Positions 46,356 to 54,652 of a stretch of DNA of 54,652 nt are shown here, one piece after another; the first letter of the stretch is position 1, and each line of letters begins with the position of its first letter. The notes under the pieces were generated by a model. It did not search any database and was not told the DNA's origin. It worked only from the letters and a program-made list of their open reading frames with translations. The DNA is from Patescibacteria group bacterium (lineage in GTDB: Bacteria > Patescibacteriota > Patescibacteriia > UBA2591 > UBA6264): positions 1-54,652 of the forward strand of contig JAIPGN010000005.1 of the NCBI GenBank assembly GCA_021735685.1, written 5' to 3'. Both the position numbers and the translations under genes were made by a program.

Positions 46356-46369
46356 ATTACAAAAATAAT

Positions 46370-47083
46370 TTATTTTCTTTTAAAAACAATTTTTTGCTCA
46401 AGAAGAGTAAAAATTATTCCAACTAACCAATAAAGCATCAAACCACTAGGTAAAGTAGATCCAATAATCACGGTCATTAAGGGCATCATGAACCTCATCT
46501 GTTTGTTCATGGTAGTCATCATACTTTCGTCTTTTACTCCTTCTTTGTGAGCAACAGCGCGAGGGGGTGTAGAACCAGAAAGCATTTTGGTTTGAAAATA
46601 TTGCATTAATCCGGTAAAAGCAGCTAAGAAAATATTAGATTTCTCTAAGGCTAAAAATCCAAAACCTAAAGTATTTAAAGGGCCAGGATTAGAAAGAAAA
46701 GAATAAACCGGTAAGTCAACGCTAGTCAAACCAGTCCGAAAAACCTGAAAAACAGCAATTAAAATTGGCAACTGAATCAAAAGAGGAAGACAAGAAGAAA
46801 AAGGATTAACTTTGTTCTCTTTATATAAAGCCATGATAGCCTTAGTTTGCTTTTGCTTATCATCAGCGTATTTTTTCTTAATTAAATTCAATTTCGGCTG
46901 TAACTCCTTCAACTCTTTTTGTCCTTTGACGGCCTTTAGGGAAAGAGGAAGCAACAATAATTTGATGCTTAAAGTTAAAAAAATAATCGCTACTCCCAAA
47001 TCATGACCGGGAATTATATTATAGAAAAAAACCAATAAGTTTAGAAATGGTTCATATAAAACAACTTTAAAAAGTTCAATCAT
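46370..47083 (-). CDS. yidC: Membrane insertase YidC (short form)
   Basis: ELQPKLN.IKKKY, YKENKVNPFSSCLPLLIQLPI, PSGLMLYW. Confidence 0.95.
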   Translation of the reverse strand: MIELFKVVLYEPFLNLLVFFYNIIPGHDLGVAIIFLTLSIKLLLLPLSLKAVKGQKELKELQPKLNLIKKKYADDKQKQTKAIMALYKENKVNPFSSCLPLLIQLPILIAVFQVFRTGLTSVDLPVYSFLSNPGPLNTLGFGFLALEKSNIFLAAFTGLMQYFQTKMLSGSTPPRAVAHKEGVKDESMMTTMNKQMRFMMPLMTVIIGSTLPSGLMLYWLVGIIFTLLEQKIVFKRK

Positions 47084-47106
47084 AAATCAAATAATTCTTT
47101 AATAAA

Positions 47107-47367
47107 TTAAGGCTCATCCCAACCCCCAGAAGACCAAGGGTGACAACGCATAATTCTCCAACCGGCTTTGCCAATTCCTTTAATCAAGCCATATTTTTCG
47201 ATAGCTTGAATAGCGTATTCAGAGCAAGTAGGACGAAATTTGCAAACACCAAAGCCATTGGGAGAAAGAAAACGCAAAAAACCATGATCTCTGGAAATAG
47301 TTTTCTGATAAAAACGAATAATTTGCACAATCCAGAATTTCGGAGAAAAAATTAAAATTAATCGCAT
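47107..47367 (-). CDS. yidD: Membrane protein insertion efficiency factor
   Basis: IRFYQK.IS, CKFRPTCSEYA, RIMRCHPWS.GG.D. Confidence 0.93.
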   Translation of the reverse strand: MRLILIFSPKFWIVQIIRFYQKTISRDHGFLRFLSPNGFGVCKFRPTCSEYAIQAIEKYGLIKGIGKAGWRIMRCHPWSSGGWDEP

Positions 47368-47372
47368 TTTAA

Positions 47373-47720
47373 TTAAGAAGATAATAATTTATTTTTGCGT
47401 AAAATTTGCTCTAACCTTTTCTTCAATTCCGAAAAAGACAATTCTTTGATCTGAGGTCGAGCAATCAAAACAATGTCCTTTTGAAGAGGCCAAGAATTTA
47501 TATTTTCCCGCAAAATAGCCCGAAGGCGCCTTTTAATTTTATTTCTAATTACCGCTTTTTTATCAACTTTCCGCGAAACAATTATCCCCCAACGAGAACA
47601 TTCTTTTCTATTATCTTTTACCCATCTTAAAATTAATTCCGGAGAAAAAAATTTGTAGCCATAACGATAAATTCGATTAAAATCTCGAGTTTTTTTCAAA
47701 CGATTTTTAGGGGGAAGCAT
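47373..47720 (-). CDS. rnpA: RNase P protein component
   Basis: NRLKK..DF, IVSRKVDKKAVIRNKIKRRLR (RNR motif). Confidence 0.93.
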   Translation of the reverse strand: MLPPKNRLKKTRDFNRIYRYGYKFFSPELILRWVKDNRKECSRWGIIVSRKVDKKAVIRNKIKRRLRAILRENINSWPLQKDIVLIARPQIKELSFSELKKRLEQILRKNKLLSS

Positions 47721-47730
47721 AACTAAAAAA

Positions 47731-47868
47731 TTACACCGATAATTTTTGGCGTCCCTTAGCTCTTCTTCTTTTCAAAATTTTCTTTCCAGCTAAAGTTCTC
47801 ATTCTTTTAAGAAAACCATGTTTACGAGCTCTTTTTCTTTTTTTCGGTTGATAAGTTCTTTTAGGCAT
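47731..47868 (-). CDS. rpmH: 50S ribosomal protein L34
   Basis: Manual translation [45 protein letters not shown]. Not in the ORF track. Confidence 0.96.
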   Translation of the reverse strand: MPKRTYQPKKRKRARKHGFLKRMRTLAGKKILKRRRAKGRQKLSV

Positions 47869-47925
47869 AACATTAGTATATAATAATTCCTTTAATTAAA
47901 CAACATACGTTCTTGAATCCTCTCT

Positions 47926-49440
47926 CTATCGCGCGTATTCACTAATTCTATTTTCTCGAATGACCGTCACTTTAATTTCTCCAGGATATTTCAATTCTTC
48001 TTCAACTCGATCCGCTATTTTACGAGCTAACTTACTAGCTCCCAAGTCATCGGTCTTAACGGGAGAGACAAAAACCCTTAACTCTCGTCCTGCCTGAATA
48101 GCGTAAACCCTCTCCACTTCATTAAACTTGCGAGCTATATTTTCTAATTCTTCTAATCTTTGAATATATTCTTGATAAGATCCTTTTCTGGCTCCGGGCC
48201 GTGCACTAGAAATAGCATCAGCCACCTTAACAATTATTGCCTCTAAAGTGGGTGGATGATCGTCGTGGTGAGTAGCAATCGGTGTAATAACCTCAGGAGC
48301 AAGATTATATTTTTCTCCAATATCCTTGCCAATCTCGGGATGAGTTCCTTGAATTTCAAAATCCATAGCCTTGCCAATATCATGCAATAATCCTGCCTTA
48401 CGGCAAATGGCCACCTTGGCCCCTAATTCTTCGGCTAACATTGCCGATAAATTGGCGACCTCTAGAGAATGTTGCAAAACATTTTGACCATAACTGGTTC
48501 GATATTTTAACCTTCCCAATAATTGTACCAATTTGGGATCTAAGCCCGTAACCCCAACTTGATAAATAGCGTCTTCGCCTGCCTTACGAATATCTCGAGC
48601 CAACTCTTTCTTAGTATCTTGAACCACTCTTTCAATCCGTGCTGGCTGAATTCTCCCGTCTAAAATCAGCTTATCTAAAACCAATTTAGCTAATTGGCGA
48701 CGAATTGGATTAAAGGCAGAAACAAAAACCACTTCTGGCGTGTCGTCCACCACAATCTCCACTCCTGTCAATTGCTCTACCACTCTGATGTTACGTCCTT
48801 CTCGACCAATGATTCTTCCTTTAATCTCATCTGAAGGCAAAGAAACAGAGCTGGTGGTCACTTCTGCCGTATGAGCAGCAGCGCAACGTTCAATTACACT
48901 AGTAATTAAACTTTTGGCCCGTTCCTCTATTTCCTCTGATCCATATTTCTCTAACTTTTTAATTCTTTCCAGAATATCATCCTTAATTTTTTCTTCTGTA
49001 CTCTCCAATAAAAGCTCTTTAGCTTCTTCAACGCTTAAGCTAGAAATTCTCTCCAACTCTGCACGTGCTTTCTCATAAATCTGACGAATCTTATCTTTGG
49101 CTTGTTCAATGCTGTCTTTTTCTTGATTCAGTTTTTTTCTATTCTCCTCTAATTCTAAAATTTTTTCCTCGAAAACTGTTTGCCGTCTCTCCATCCTTTG
49201 TTCGGTTTTTTTGATCTCTCTTCTTCGTTCATCTTCTTCTTTTTTGGCTTGGTCCAAAATTTTTAAAGAATCTTCTTTGGCTTTTAATAAGATTTCTTGT
49301 TGCTTAGCTTTAGCTTTATTTAGAATTTCCTTAGCTTTTGCCTCCGCAGATTGAGTCAAATGACTAGCAATCTTTTGTCTAATCACCCAGCCCAGCAAAA
49401 TTCCACCTAAGAGGGAGATAACTATTTGTATGTAAATCAT
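47926..49440 (-). CDS. rny: Ribonuclease Y
   Basis: N-terminal TM, coiled coil, KH (KGRIIGREGRNIR), HD (LLHDIGK). Confidence 0.96.
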   Translation of the reverse strand: MIYIQIVISLLGGILLGWVIRQKIASHLTQSAEAKAKEILNKAKAKQQEILLKAKEDSLKILDQAKKEEDERRREIKKTEQRMERRQTVFEEKILELEENRKKLNQEKDSIEQAKDKIRQIYEKARAELERISSLSVEEAKELLLESTEEKIKDDILERIKKLEKYGSEEIEERAKSLITSVIERCAAAHTAEVTTSSVSLPSDEIKGRIIGREGRNIRVVEQLTGVEIVVDDTPEVVFVSAFNPIRRQLAKLVLDKLILDGRIQPARIERVVQDTKKELARDIRKAGEDAIYQVGVTGLDPKLVQLLGRLKYRTSYGQNVLQHSLEVANLSAMLAEELGAKVAICRKAGLLHDIGKAMDFEIQGTHPEIGKDIGEKYNLAPEVITPIATHHDDHPPTLEAIIVKVADAISSARPGARKGSYQEYIQRLEELENIARKFNEVERVYAIQAGRELRVFVSPVKTDDLGASKLARKIADRVEEELKYPGEIKVTVIRENRISEYAR

Positions 49441-49470
49441 AAGCTTGAATTAATAAGATCTTAATTAATA

Positions 49471-49496
49471 AAACCGAGTATCAAAAACTCGGCTTT
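49471..49496 (-). terminator. Hairpin/terminator between clpP and rny
   Basis: AAACCGAGT..ACTCGGCTTT inverted repeat. Confidence 0.5.
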
Positions 49497-49538
49497 CAAA
49501 AAAAGCATTAAGCTCAACAATTTACAAGACAAAATTTT

Positions 49539-50117
49539 CTACTTTTTGATAATCTTGTCGATTAAACCGTATTTTTTTGCGTCTTGCGGGCTCATAAAAA
49601 AATCTCGATCCGTATCTTTCTCGATCTTTCCCAAGGGCTGTTTAGATTTTGCGGCTAAAATTTTATTTATCCGATTTCTTACCTTAAGAATATGCTCAGC
49701 TCCGATTTTTACATCCGCAGCTGGGCCTTCAGTTCCACCAATAACTTGATGAAGCATAATTTCTGAATTAGGCAAAGCTAACCTTTTGCCTCTTGAGCCA
49801 GCAGCCAAAAGAACGGCGCCCATAGAAGCCGCAATACCAACGCAAATTGTACTTACTGAAGGATTAACATATTGCATGGTATCATAAATAGCTAATCCAG
49901 CTGTTACTGAGCCTCCGCGTGTATTGATATAAAGCTTAATGTCTTTATTTTTGTCTTCGCTTTCAAGAAATAAAAGTTGGGCAATAATAGTATTAGCGAC
50001 ACTATCAGTGACAGTGTCTCCCAAAAAAATAATTCTCTCTCTTAAAAGCCGAGAATATATGTCATAAGCCCTTTCTCCGTGAGCAGACTTTTCAACAACT
50101 GTAGGGACAAAATGCAT
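49539..50117 (-). CDS. clpP: ATP-dependent Clp protease proteolytic subunit
   Basis: [17 protein letters not shown] (Ser), MLHQ (His), DRD. Confidence 0.97.
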   Translation of the reverse strand: MHFVPTVVEKSAHGERAYDIYSRLLRERIIFLGDTVTDSVANTIIAQLLFLESEDKNKDIKLYINTRGGSVTAGLAIYDTMQYVNPSVSTICVGIAASMGAVLLAAGSRGKRLALPNSEIMLHQVIGGTEGPAADVKIGAEHILKVRNRINKILAAKSKQPLGKIEKDTDRDFFMSPQDAKKYGLIDKIIKK

Positions 50118-50193
50118 ATATTTTATTAAAAAAATTTATAAATTATATTTAATATTTTACCATGAACAAAAATAATGTCAAACTATTCAAAAA

Positions 50194-51429
50194 TTATTTT
50201 TTCCTCTTAATTTTAGCCCTCACTACAGCCAAAGAAGGGAAACTAAATGAACTAGGTATTTTCACATAGTAACTATTATGAGCGGATTCAGCTTGTTTTT
50301 CTTTCTTCAAGTCAAAGATTTCTCGCACTTTAAATTTAACTATCTTTTTGTTTTGATAATTTAAAATTTCTATAACTTGACCCCTTTTAATTTCATTGCG
50401 AACCCGCAAATAAAGTTCTTTTTGTCGGGGATCATGCTTTTCCACCAAGCCAACTAAATTATATTTTTGAATATAGCCAGAAGAAACCTGATTTAAGGTG
50501 TTATCATTAAATCCTTCCCAGAAATTTATAGTATAATCGCGATGAGAAACATTAATCAATTCTTTTTGATAATAATTCAAATTTTGCTGAAATAAGGCCG
50601 AAGAAGAGAAATAGTCATCAATAGCTTGACGATAGATCATCGTAACCAAAGCCACATAATAAGGACTCTTCATCCGCCCCTCTACCTTCAGGGCAGTGGG
50701 CCGAAGCTTGATAATTTCCGGCAATTTCTTTAATAAACACAAATCTTTAGAATTCAAAATATAATTAAGGCCATTTTCTTGCTCAAATCTTAATTTTCTC
50801 TCAGGATTAATGGTTTCTTGGCCTTGCCACTCCCAACGACAAGGCTGAACGCAATTACCTTGATTGGCGTCTTGATCAATCAAATATTTACTTAAATAAC
50901 AACGACCCGAATATGAAATACAAAGCGCCCCGTGAACAAAAATCTCAATCTCAATGTTCTTGATCGCTTTTCTAATTTTTTGTAACTGAGAAAAAGAAAG
51001 CTCGCGGGCTAAAATAATCCTTTGAACTCCATTTTTTCGCCAAAATTTAACACTTTCTGAATTAAGGGTATTAGCCTGAGTAGAAAGATGAAGAGGAATT
51101 TTATTTTCAACTTTTTGAGCCAAAGCAATAACCCCTGGGTCAGCGATAATCAAACCATGGGGCTTTAATTGATTTATTTTTTTCAACAACTTTTCTATTT
51201 CTTTAAGGTCTTGTTCATAAACAAAAGAATTAAGAGCTAAATATATTTTCTTATCATATTTTTTAGCTAAATTAATGGCTTTTTCTAATTCCGAGCACTT
51301 AATCTCTGATTTCTCCGCTCTCAAGGAAAAACCCTGCACTCCTAAATAACAAGCATCCGCGCCATATAAATAGGCGACTTCCTGTTTTTCTAAATTGCCG
51401 GCTGGAACTAATAATTCTGGTTTAAGCAT
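50194..51429 (-). CDS. U32 family protein (TrhP/YegQ-like tRNA hydroxylation protein)
   Basis: PELLVPAG, LSTQAN, LARELS, HGALCISYSGRC, CVQPCRW, KVEGRMK. Confidence 0.85.
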   Translation of the reverse strand: MLKPELLVPAGNLEKQEVAYLYGADACYLGVQGFSLRAEKSEIKCSELEKAINLAKKYDKKIYLALNSFVYEQDLKEIEKLLKKINQLKPHGLIIADPGVIALAQKVENKIPLHLSTQANTLNSESVKFWRKNGVQRIILARELSFSQLQKIRKAIKNIEIEIFVHGALCISYSGRCYLSKYLIDQDANQGNCVQPCRWEWQGQETINPERKLRFEQENGLNYILNSKDLCLLKKLPEIIKLRPTALKVEGRMKSPYYVALVTMIYRQAIDDYFSSSALFQQNLNYYQKELINVSHRDYTINFWEGFNDNTLNQVSSGYIQKYNLVGLVEKHDPRQKELYLRVRNEIKRGQVIEILNYQNKKIVKFKVREIFDLKKEKQAESAHNSYYVKIPSSFSFPSLAVVRAKIKRKK

Positions 51430-51452
51430 TGATTCTATTTTTACAAAATAGT

Positions 51453-51526
51453 TGGTGGACCTAGGGAGAATCGAACTCCCGTCTCCGCAATGCGAATGCG
51501 ATGTACTACCACTGTACTATAGGCCC
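51453..51526 (-). tRNA. tRNA-Ala (CGC)
   Basis: GGGCCTA/TAGGTCC acceptor, TCGCA-TT CGC AT-TGCGG, CCA. Confidence 0.92.
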
Positions 51527-51605
51527 CATAAGCTTAAGATATCAAAAAAAAACAAGTTTGGCAATTTAATAATTTAATTAAATTTTAGTTATCCACAACC
51601 TAAAT

Positions 51606-51639
51606 TTGACAAAAAAGAATTATGAGTATATACTCATAA
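51606..51639 (+). promoter_or_regulatory. Promoter with an overlapping perfect 20-bp operator palindrome
   Basis: TTGACA, 17 nt, TATACT; TTATGAGTAT/ATACTCATAA (51620-51639) covers the -10. Confidence 0.75.
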
Positions 51640-51689
51640 CAGCAAGGTCGAATTATTATCAAAAAATTAAAAACAAAAAGAGGTAAAAT

Positions 51690-51926
51690 ATGCCTAGATT
51701 AGATGGAACTGGTCCTCAAGGACAAGGTCCAACAACCGGCCGAGGCTTTGGTCCCTGCGGAGCTGGATTCAGACGAGGCTGTGGCTATGGTCGTGGCTGG
51801 GGAAGACAAAGATTCATTTCCCCTAAAAATGAATTAAGCGCCTTAGAACAAGAAGAAAAGGCTTTGCAAGAAGAATTAGAGGCAATCCAAGAAGAAAAGA
51901 AGGCCTTAAAGGACCAGCAAAAATAA
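51690..51926 (+). CDS. DUF5320-like Gly/Arg-rich small protein
   Basis: MPRLDGTGPQGQGPTTGRGFGPC..GRG plus a coiled-coil tail; GAGG SD. Confidence 0.8.
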   Translation: MPRLDGTGPQGQGPTTGRGFGPCGAGFRRGCGYGRGWGRQRFISPKNELSALEQEEKALQEELEAIQEEKKALKDQQK

Positions 51927-51985
51927 AAGAAGGCTTGGGAGTCCAGTCCTTCGCTCAAAGCAAAGGGCTGGTCAGCCTTCTTTCT
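51927..51985 (+). terminator. Long hairpin/terminator
   Basis: AAGAAGGCT/AGCCTTCTT outer stem and CCAGTCCTT/AAGGGCTGG inner stem, followed by Ts. Confidence 0.6.
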
Positions 51986-52024
51986 TATTAAATTAACACA
52001 AAAAATAAAAATAATCAACTTTAT

Positions 52025-52303
52025 ATGCCTAGACCTAGACTTTGTCGAAAAATTAAATTCAACCCGCACGTTACCTATTTTAAACCCCAAGGCGTGCCCA
52101 TGAGAAATTTAAAAATAATTAAATTGAGCCTAGAAGAGGCCGAGGCTTTGCGTCTCAAGAACATTGAAAGGCTGGAACAAATAAAATGCGCTCAGAAAAT
52201 GAATACTTCGCAAAGTACTTTTCAAAGAATTCTAACCTCTGCCTACCAAAAAACCTCTTTAGCGCTGATCAAAGGCTACGCCATCCAAATCATCAACAAA
52301 TAA
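52025..52303 (+). CDS. DUF134 family HTH DNA-binding protein
   Basis: MPRPRLCRKI..FKPQGVP..EEAEALRLK..Q..A..M..SQSTFQRIL.SA..K. Confidence 0.85.
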   Translation: MPRPRLCRKIKFNPHVTYFKPQGVPMRNLKIIKLSLEEAEALRLKNIERLEQIKCAQKMNTSQSTFQRILTSAYQKTSLALIKGYAIQIINK

Positions 52304-52315
52304 AATAATCAAATT

Positions 52316-52340
52316 ATGTACGAGGTTCGACCTCGTACAT
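52316..52340. repeat. Perfect 11-bp-arm palindrome (REP-like)
   Basis: ATGTACGAGGT-TCG-ACCTCGTACAT. Confidence 0.75.
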
Positions 52341-52343
52341 TAT

Positions 52344-52578
52344 TTTTTGAGGGGCCAGACCCCAAAAACCGCTTCCTTGAAACCGAGACAGAGAAAGGGT
52401 TCTGGGAACGATTTTTCAAAAACGTTAATTTTTTAACGCTTTTCTGATTTGCTGAAAAATATTTTGAGGGGCCAGACCCCAAAAACCGCTTCCTTGAAAC
52501 CGAGACAGAGAAAGGGTTCTGGGAACGATTTTTCAAAAACGTTAATTTTCTAACGCTTTTCTGATTTGCTGAAAAATA
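52344..52578 (-). repeat. Two tandem 117-bp copies of the dispersed repeat
   Basis: Units begin at 52349 and 52466 and differ by one substitution as far as I could see; both carry GGGGCCAGACCCC. Confidence 0.9.
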
Positions 52579-52610
52579 TGGACGAAATGAAATAAAGCTA
52601 AACATACGCT

Positions 52611-52916
52611 GTTAGGCGAAGATTCTCTGAGCAGAACGGCGTTGGTAACATCGGGCTTAAGGGAAGTTTTTTGCGTAGCAAAAAATTTAGGAGAGCGAAG
52701 TGCAACGAGCGAACCCTTTAAGCCCTGTTAAATCCGCCGACGAATGAAGTGAGGAGAGTGCAACGTGCCCGAGCGGAATGAAATGGAGCGAAGGAGTAAT
52801 TTTGAGAGGCGTCCTATCCAGAGAACAAAGTGATACATAACGGACAAGAATCAAGGGGACAATTTCTTTTTATCAAGAGCGAAGCTCCTTTTATTATTAC
52901 ATCAAGGGGCAATTTC
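52611..52916 (+). other. Structured attC/REP-like element, left flank of the radical-SAM cassette
   Basis: GTTAGGC; stem CGGCG..TAACA..GGGCTTAAGGG / CCCTTTAAGCCC-TGTTA..CGCCG; inner TTTTTTGC-GTA-GCAAAAAA; then TAATTTTGAGAGGC and two AAGGGG(A)CAATTTC. Confidence 0.55.
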
Positions 52917-52918
52917 GT

Positions 52919-53953
52919 TTAGTTAGTTATTTCTAAAACTTCTTTTAAACAGTTTGAATTTAGAACCCTCATAACCTTACATCCCCCTCTGCATTTTGAG
53001 AAGTGATCACAAGAATAGCAATTATCTTTAAATTTCATATTTCGAAATTTGTTTAAGCCTTTTTCCCAGATTTTTTTAAATGATTTTTTCCTAATATTTC
53101 CTTCAATGTAATCATTTTCTTCAAAAATTGGACAAGCCATTATATCTCCATTTGCCATAATCGCACAAGAAGTCCAACCACATCCGCAAAAAAATGAGCC
53201 ATTTCTGATTTTTTTATCCCAGTCTCCTAAATATCCTGCTTCAGAACAAATATCAATTCTGTATTTTTTCTTGTTTTCTTCTATGAAGTGGAATAAATCT
53301 AATATTTTATTTTTGTCTAAATGAAGCCAATCCTTATTCTTTGCTCTACCTTCAGGAAGGATAATATTAATATACCAATGATTACATCCGATGGAAAAAA
53401 TCAAATCTCTTAATTGTTCCAGTTCTTTTAAATTAGATTTATACACTGTTGTACAAACACTTATTTTAGGCGTTTTTATCTTTTTAAAATATTTTATTGC
53501 ATTAATGGTATTATCAAAATTATTATTTTTGCCTCTTATTTTCTTATGACTATATTTTAACCCATCTAAACTAACCATAACCGCATTCAATTTTAAATTT
53601 TCTAATTCTTTTTTAAAATTAGAAATGAGTGAACAATTAGTTGATAATCCTATTTTCAAACCTTTATTTTTGGCATAAGATAATACTTCAAAAATGTCTT
53701 TTCTTAATAGTGGTTCTCCTCCTGTGGCAATAAAATATTTTACTCCCATGAGAGCCATATCATCAATTGCTTTTTTTATTTCTTCGTAAGCTAATTCATC
53801 CTTTAATGGTTTTCCAGCATTAACCATACAATGCTCACAAGAAAAATTACATGAATGGGTAGAAATCCACTGTACTGAAATGGGCGCTTCAAGTAAACCG
53901 ATTTTATTTCTTATTCTAAAGATTGATTCTTTTATCTTGCTTTGTGAAATCAT
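52919..53953 (-). CDS. Radical SAM protein with SPASM domain
   Basis: CNFSCEHC, TGGEPLLR, STN, SLDG; C-terminal CGCG..C..DIMACP..C..C..C.GGC. Confidence 0.92.
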   Translation of the reverse strand: MISQSKIKESIFRIRNKIGLLEAPISVQWISTHSCNFSCEHCMVNAGKPLKDELAYEEIKKAIDDMALMGVKYFIATGGEPLLRKDIFEVLSYAKNKGLKIGLSTNCSLISNFKKELENLKLNAVMVSLDGLKYSHKKIRGKNNNFDNTINAIKYFKKIKTPKISVCTTVYKSNLKELEQLRDLIFSIGCNHWYINIILPEGRAKNKDWLHLDKNKILDLFHFIEENKKKYRIDICSEAGYLGDWDKKIRNGSFFCGCGWTSCAIMANGDIMACPIFEENDYIEGNIRKKSFKKIWEKGLNKFRNMKFKDNCYSCDHFSKCRGGCKVMRVLNSNCLKEVLEITN

Positions 53954-53978
53954 AAGAATGAAGTATAAGGGGAGTTAT

Positions 53979-54380
53979 TTATTTGTTTCTTAAATTCTCA
54001 AGACAATTATTTATACAATCTCTTGTTGCATTAGTTATTTCTTGAGTAGTATTTCTACACATTTCATAACATTGTTCATGGAGAGGATCAATCATAGCTA
54101 CTCCAGCAGTTCTTTCACCACCTGCACCTATGTACCAAAATCCTAAAACAAAGATAATACCTGCTGGGATAAAAAAAGCGATACTCGCGTATTTGAATGC
54201 TCTAAATGTATCAAATTTTTTGACTTTTTTTGTGATGAAAAATGTAATTAAACCAATAGCTAATGGAATCATCATAATTAAGCCTGTAGATGGTTCCTTG
54301 AATAAAACGAATATGCTGAAACCTAACCAAATTAGATTCAATACAGTTAGTATTCCAACAAATATTTTTTGACCATTCAT
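53979..54380 (-). CDS. Hypothetical 3-TM protein with a Cys-rich C-terminal tail
   Basis: Three hydrophobic helices, then CYEMC..CINNC. Confidence 0.75.
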   Translation of the reverse strand: MNGQKIFVGILTVLNLIWLGFSIFVLFKEPSTGLIMMIPLAIGLITFFITKKVKKFDTFRAFKYASIAFFIPAGIIFVLGFWYIGAGGERTAGVAMIDPLHEQCYEMCRNTTQEITNATRDCINNCLENLRNK

Positions 54381-54443
54381 AATATTATTCTTATTAATTA
54401 GCTTCTATTTAAATATTCCGGTGACTTCAAATTGAGTTGAATA

Positions 54444-54652
54444 GAGATTGCCCCTTTCATAGTTTAAGAAATTGTCCCCCTTCTACTTTTTAGCCTCTCA
54501 AAATTATTGGATTTAATGGGCGGCGGTATGATCCGACGTCCTGAAGAAATTGTAGCACAATTTCGAAAGGATGTTGGATATACCGCAGTTAGACGACGTC
54601 GCGTAGCGAGGAGTCTAACAAGGCGAAGCCGCCGCCCATTAGCCAACGAGCG
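54444..54652 (-). other. Structured attC/REP-like element, right flank of the cassette (inverted relative to the left element)
   Basis: Minus strand reads hairpin, TTAAATCC, TAATTTTGAGAGGC, AAGGGGGACAATTTC, AAGGGGCAATCTC; GTTAGAC/GTCTAAC pair. Confidence 0.55.

Noticed and set aside
51589-51597. DnaA boxes (TTATCCACA here, TTATACACA at 224-232) and the rpmH-rnpA-yidC cluster as a sign of oriC
   Set aside because: The boxes are isolated singles, and rpmH is preceded by rny rather than dnaA, so there is no origin evidence.
52344-52578. Possible CRISPR array
   Set aside because: Two near-identical 117-bp units with no unique spacers, and no cas genes.
1843-54372. Many short antisense or overlapping ORFs in the track (e.g. 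1843, 2874, 9397, 9634, 15056, 17612, 17671, 18627, 19131, 23528, 24881, 26868, 29475, 31770, 32235, 33647, 34061, 36653, 37050, 41566, 42416, 46812, 47140, 49546, 51785, 54130)
   Set aside because: Shadows of well-supported genes on the other strand or frame, with no motifs of their own.
1-54652. Recoded genetic code 25 (UGA=Gly), prophage, transposase, rRNA, tmRNA or RNase P RNA
   Set aside because: Genes are full length under code 11 and some end in TGA; I recognised none of the other elements.

Overview
AT-rich bacterial chromosome segment, genetic code 11, with the gene content and style of a Patescibacteria/CPR (Parcubacteria-like) genome. Signs of this are short AlaS, AspS and YidC, a stand-alone 5'-3' exonuclease, a type IV pilin, few Shine-Dalgarno sites and CCTGCCTGCCGGCAGGCAGG-type palindromes. 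Most of the window is housekeeping (pth, der, ftsW, ruvA/B, nusA, tig, alaS, recR, dnaB, asnS, aspS, queA, holA, yidC-yidD-rnpA-rpmH, rny, clpP, four ribosomal proteins, eight intact tRNAs). The most interesting part is an ~8 kb cell-wall peptide cluster (8768-16748): ATP-grasp ligase, cytoplasmic NlpC/P60, MraY with an insertion, DUF1611, Mpl/MurC-like ligase, PLP fold-II enzyme and MurA. It also hides a 54-aa LysW-like zinc-ribbon protein, missed by the ORF track, that ends in DEGK instead of EDWGE. Other notable items: a REP-like palindrome inserted at the identical D-loop position (GTA^GAGC) of two tRNA 5'-half pseudocopies; a tRNA-Ile with UAU anticodon; a promoter-driven rod-shaped ncRNA candidate; a TIM homolog lacking the catalytic His; a membrane-anchored Clp ATPase; and a radical-SAM cassette bracketed by inverted, highly structured attC/REP-like elements. 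All family assignments come from motif recognition by eye; no searches were run.
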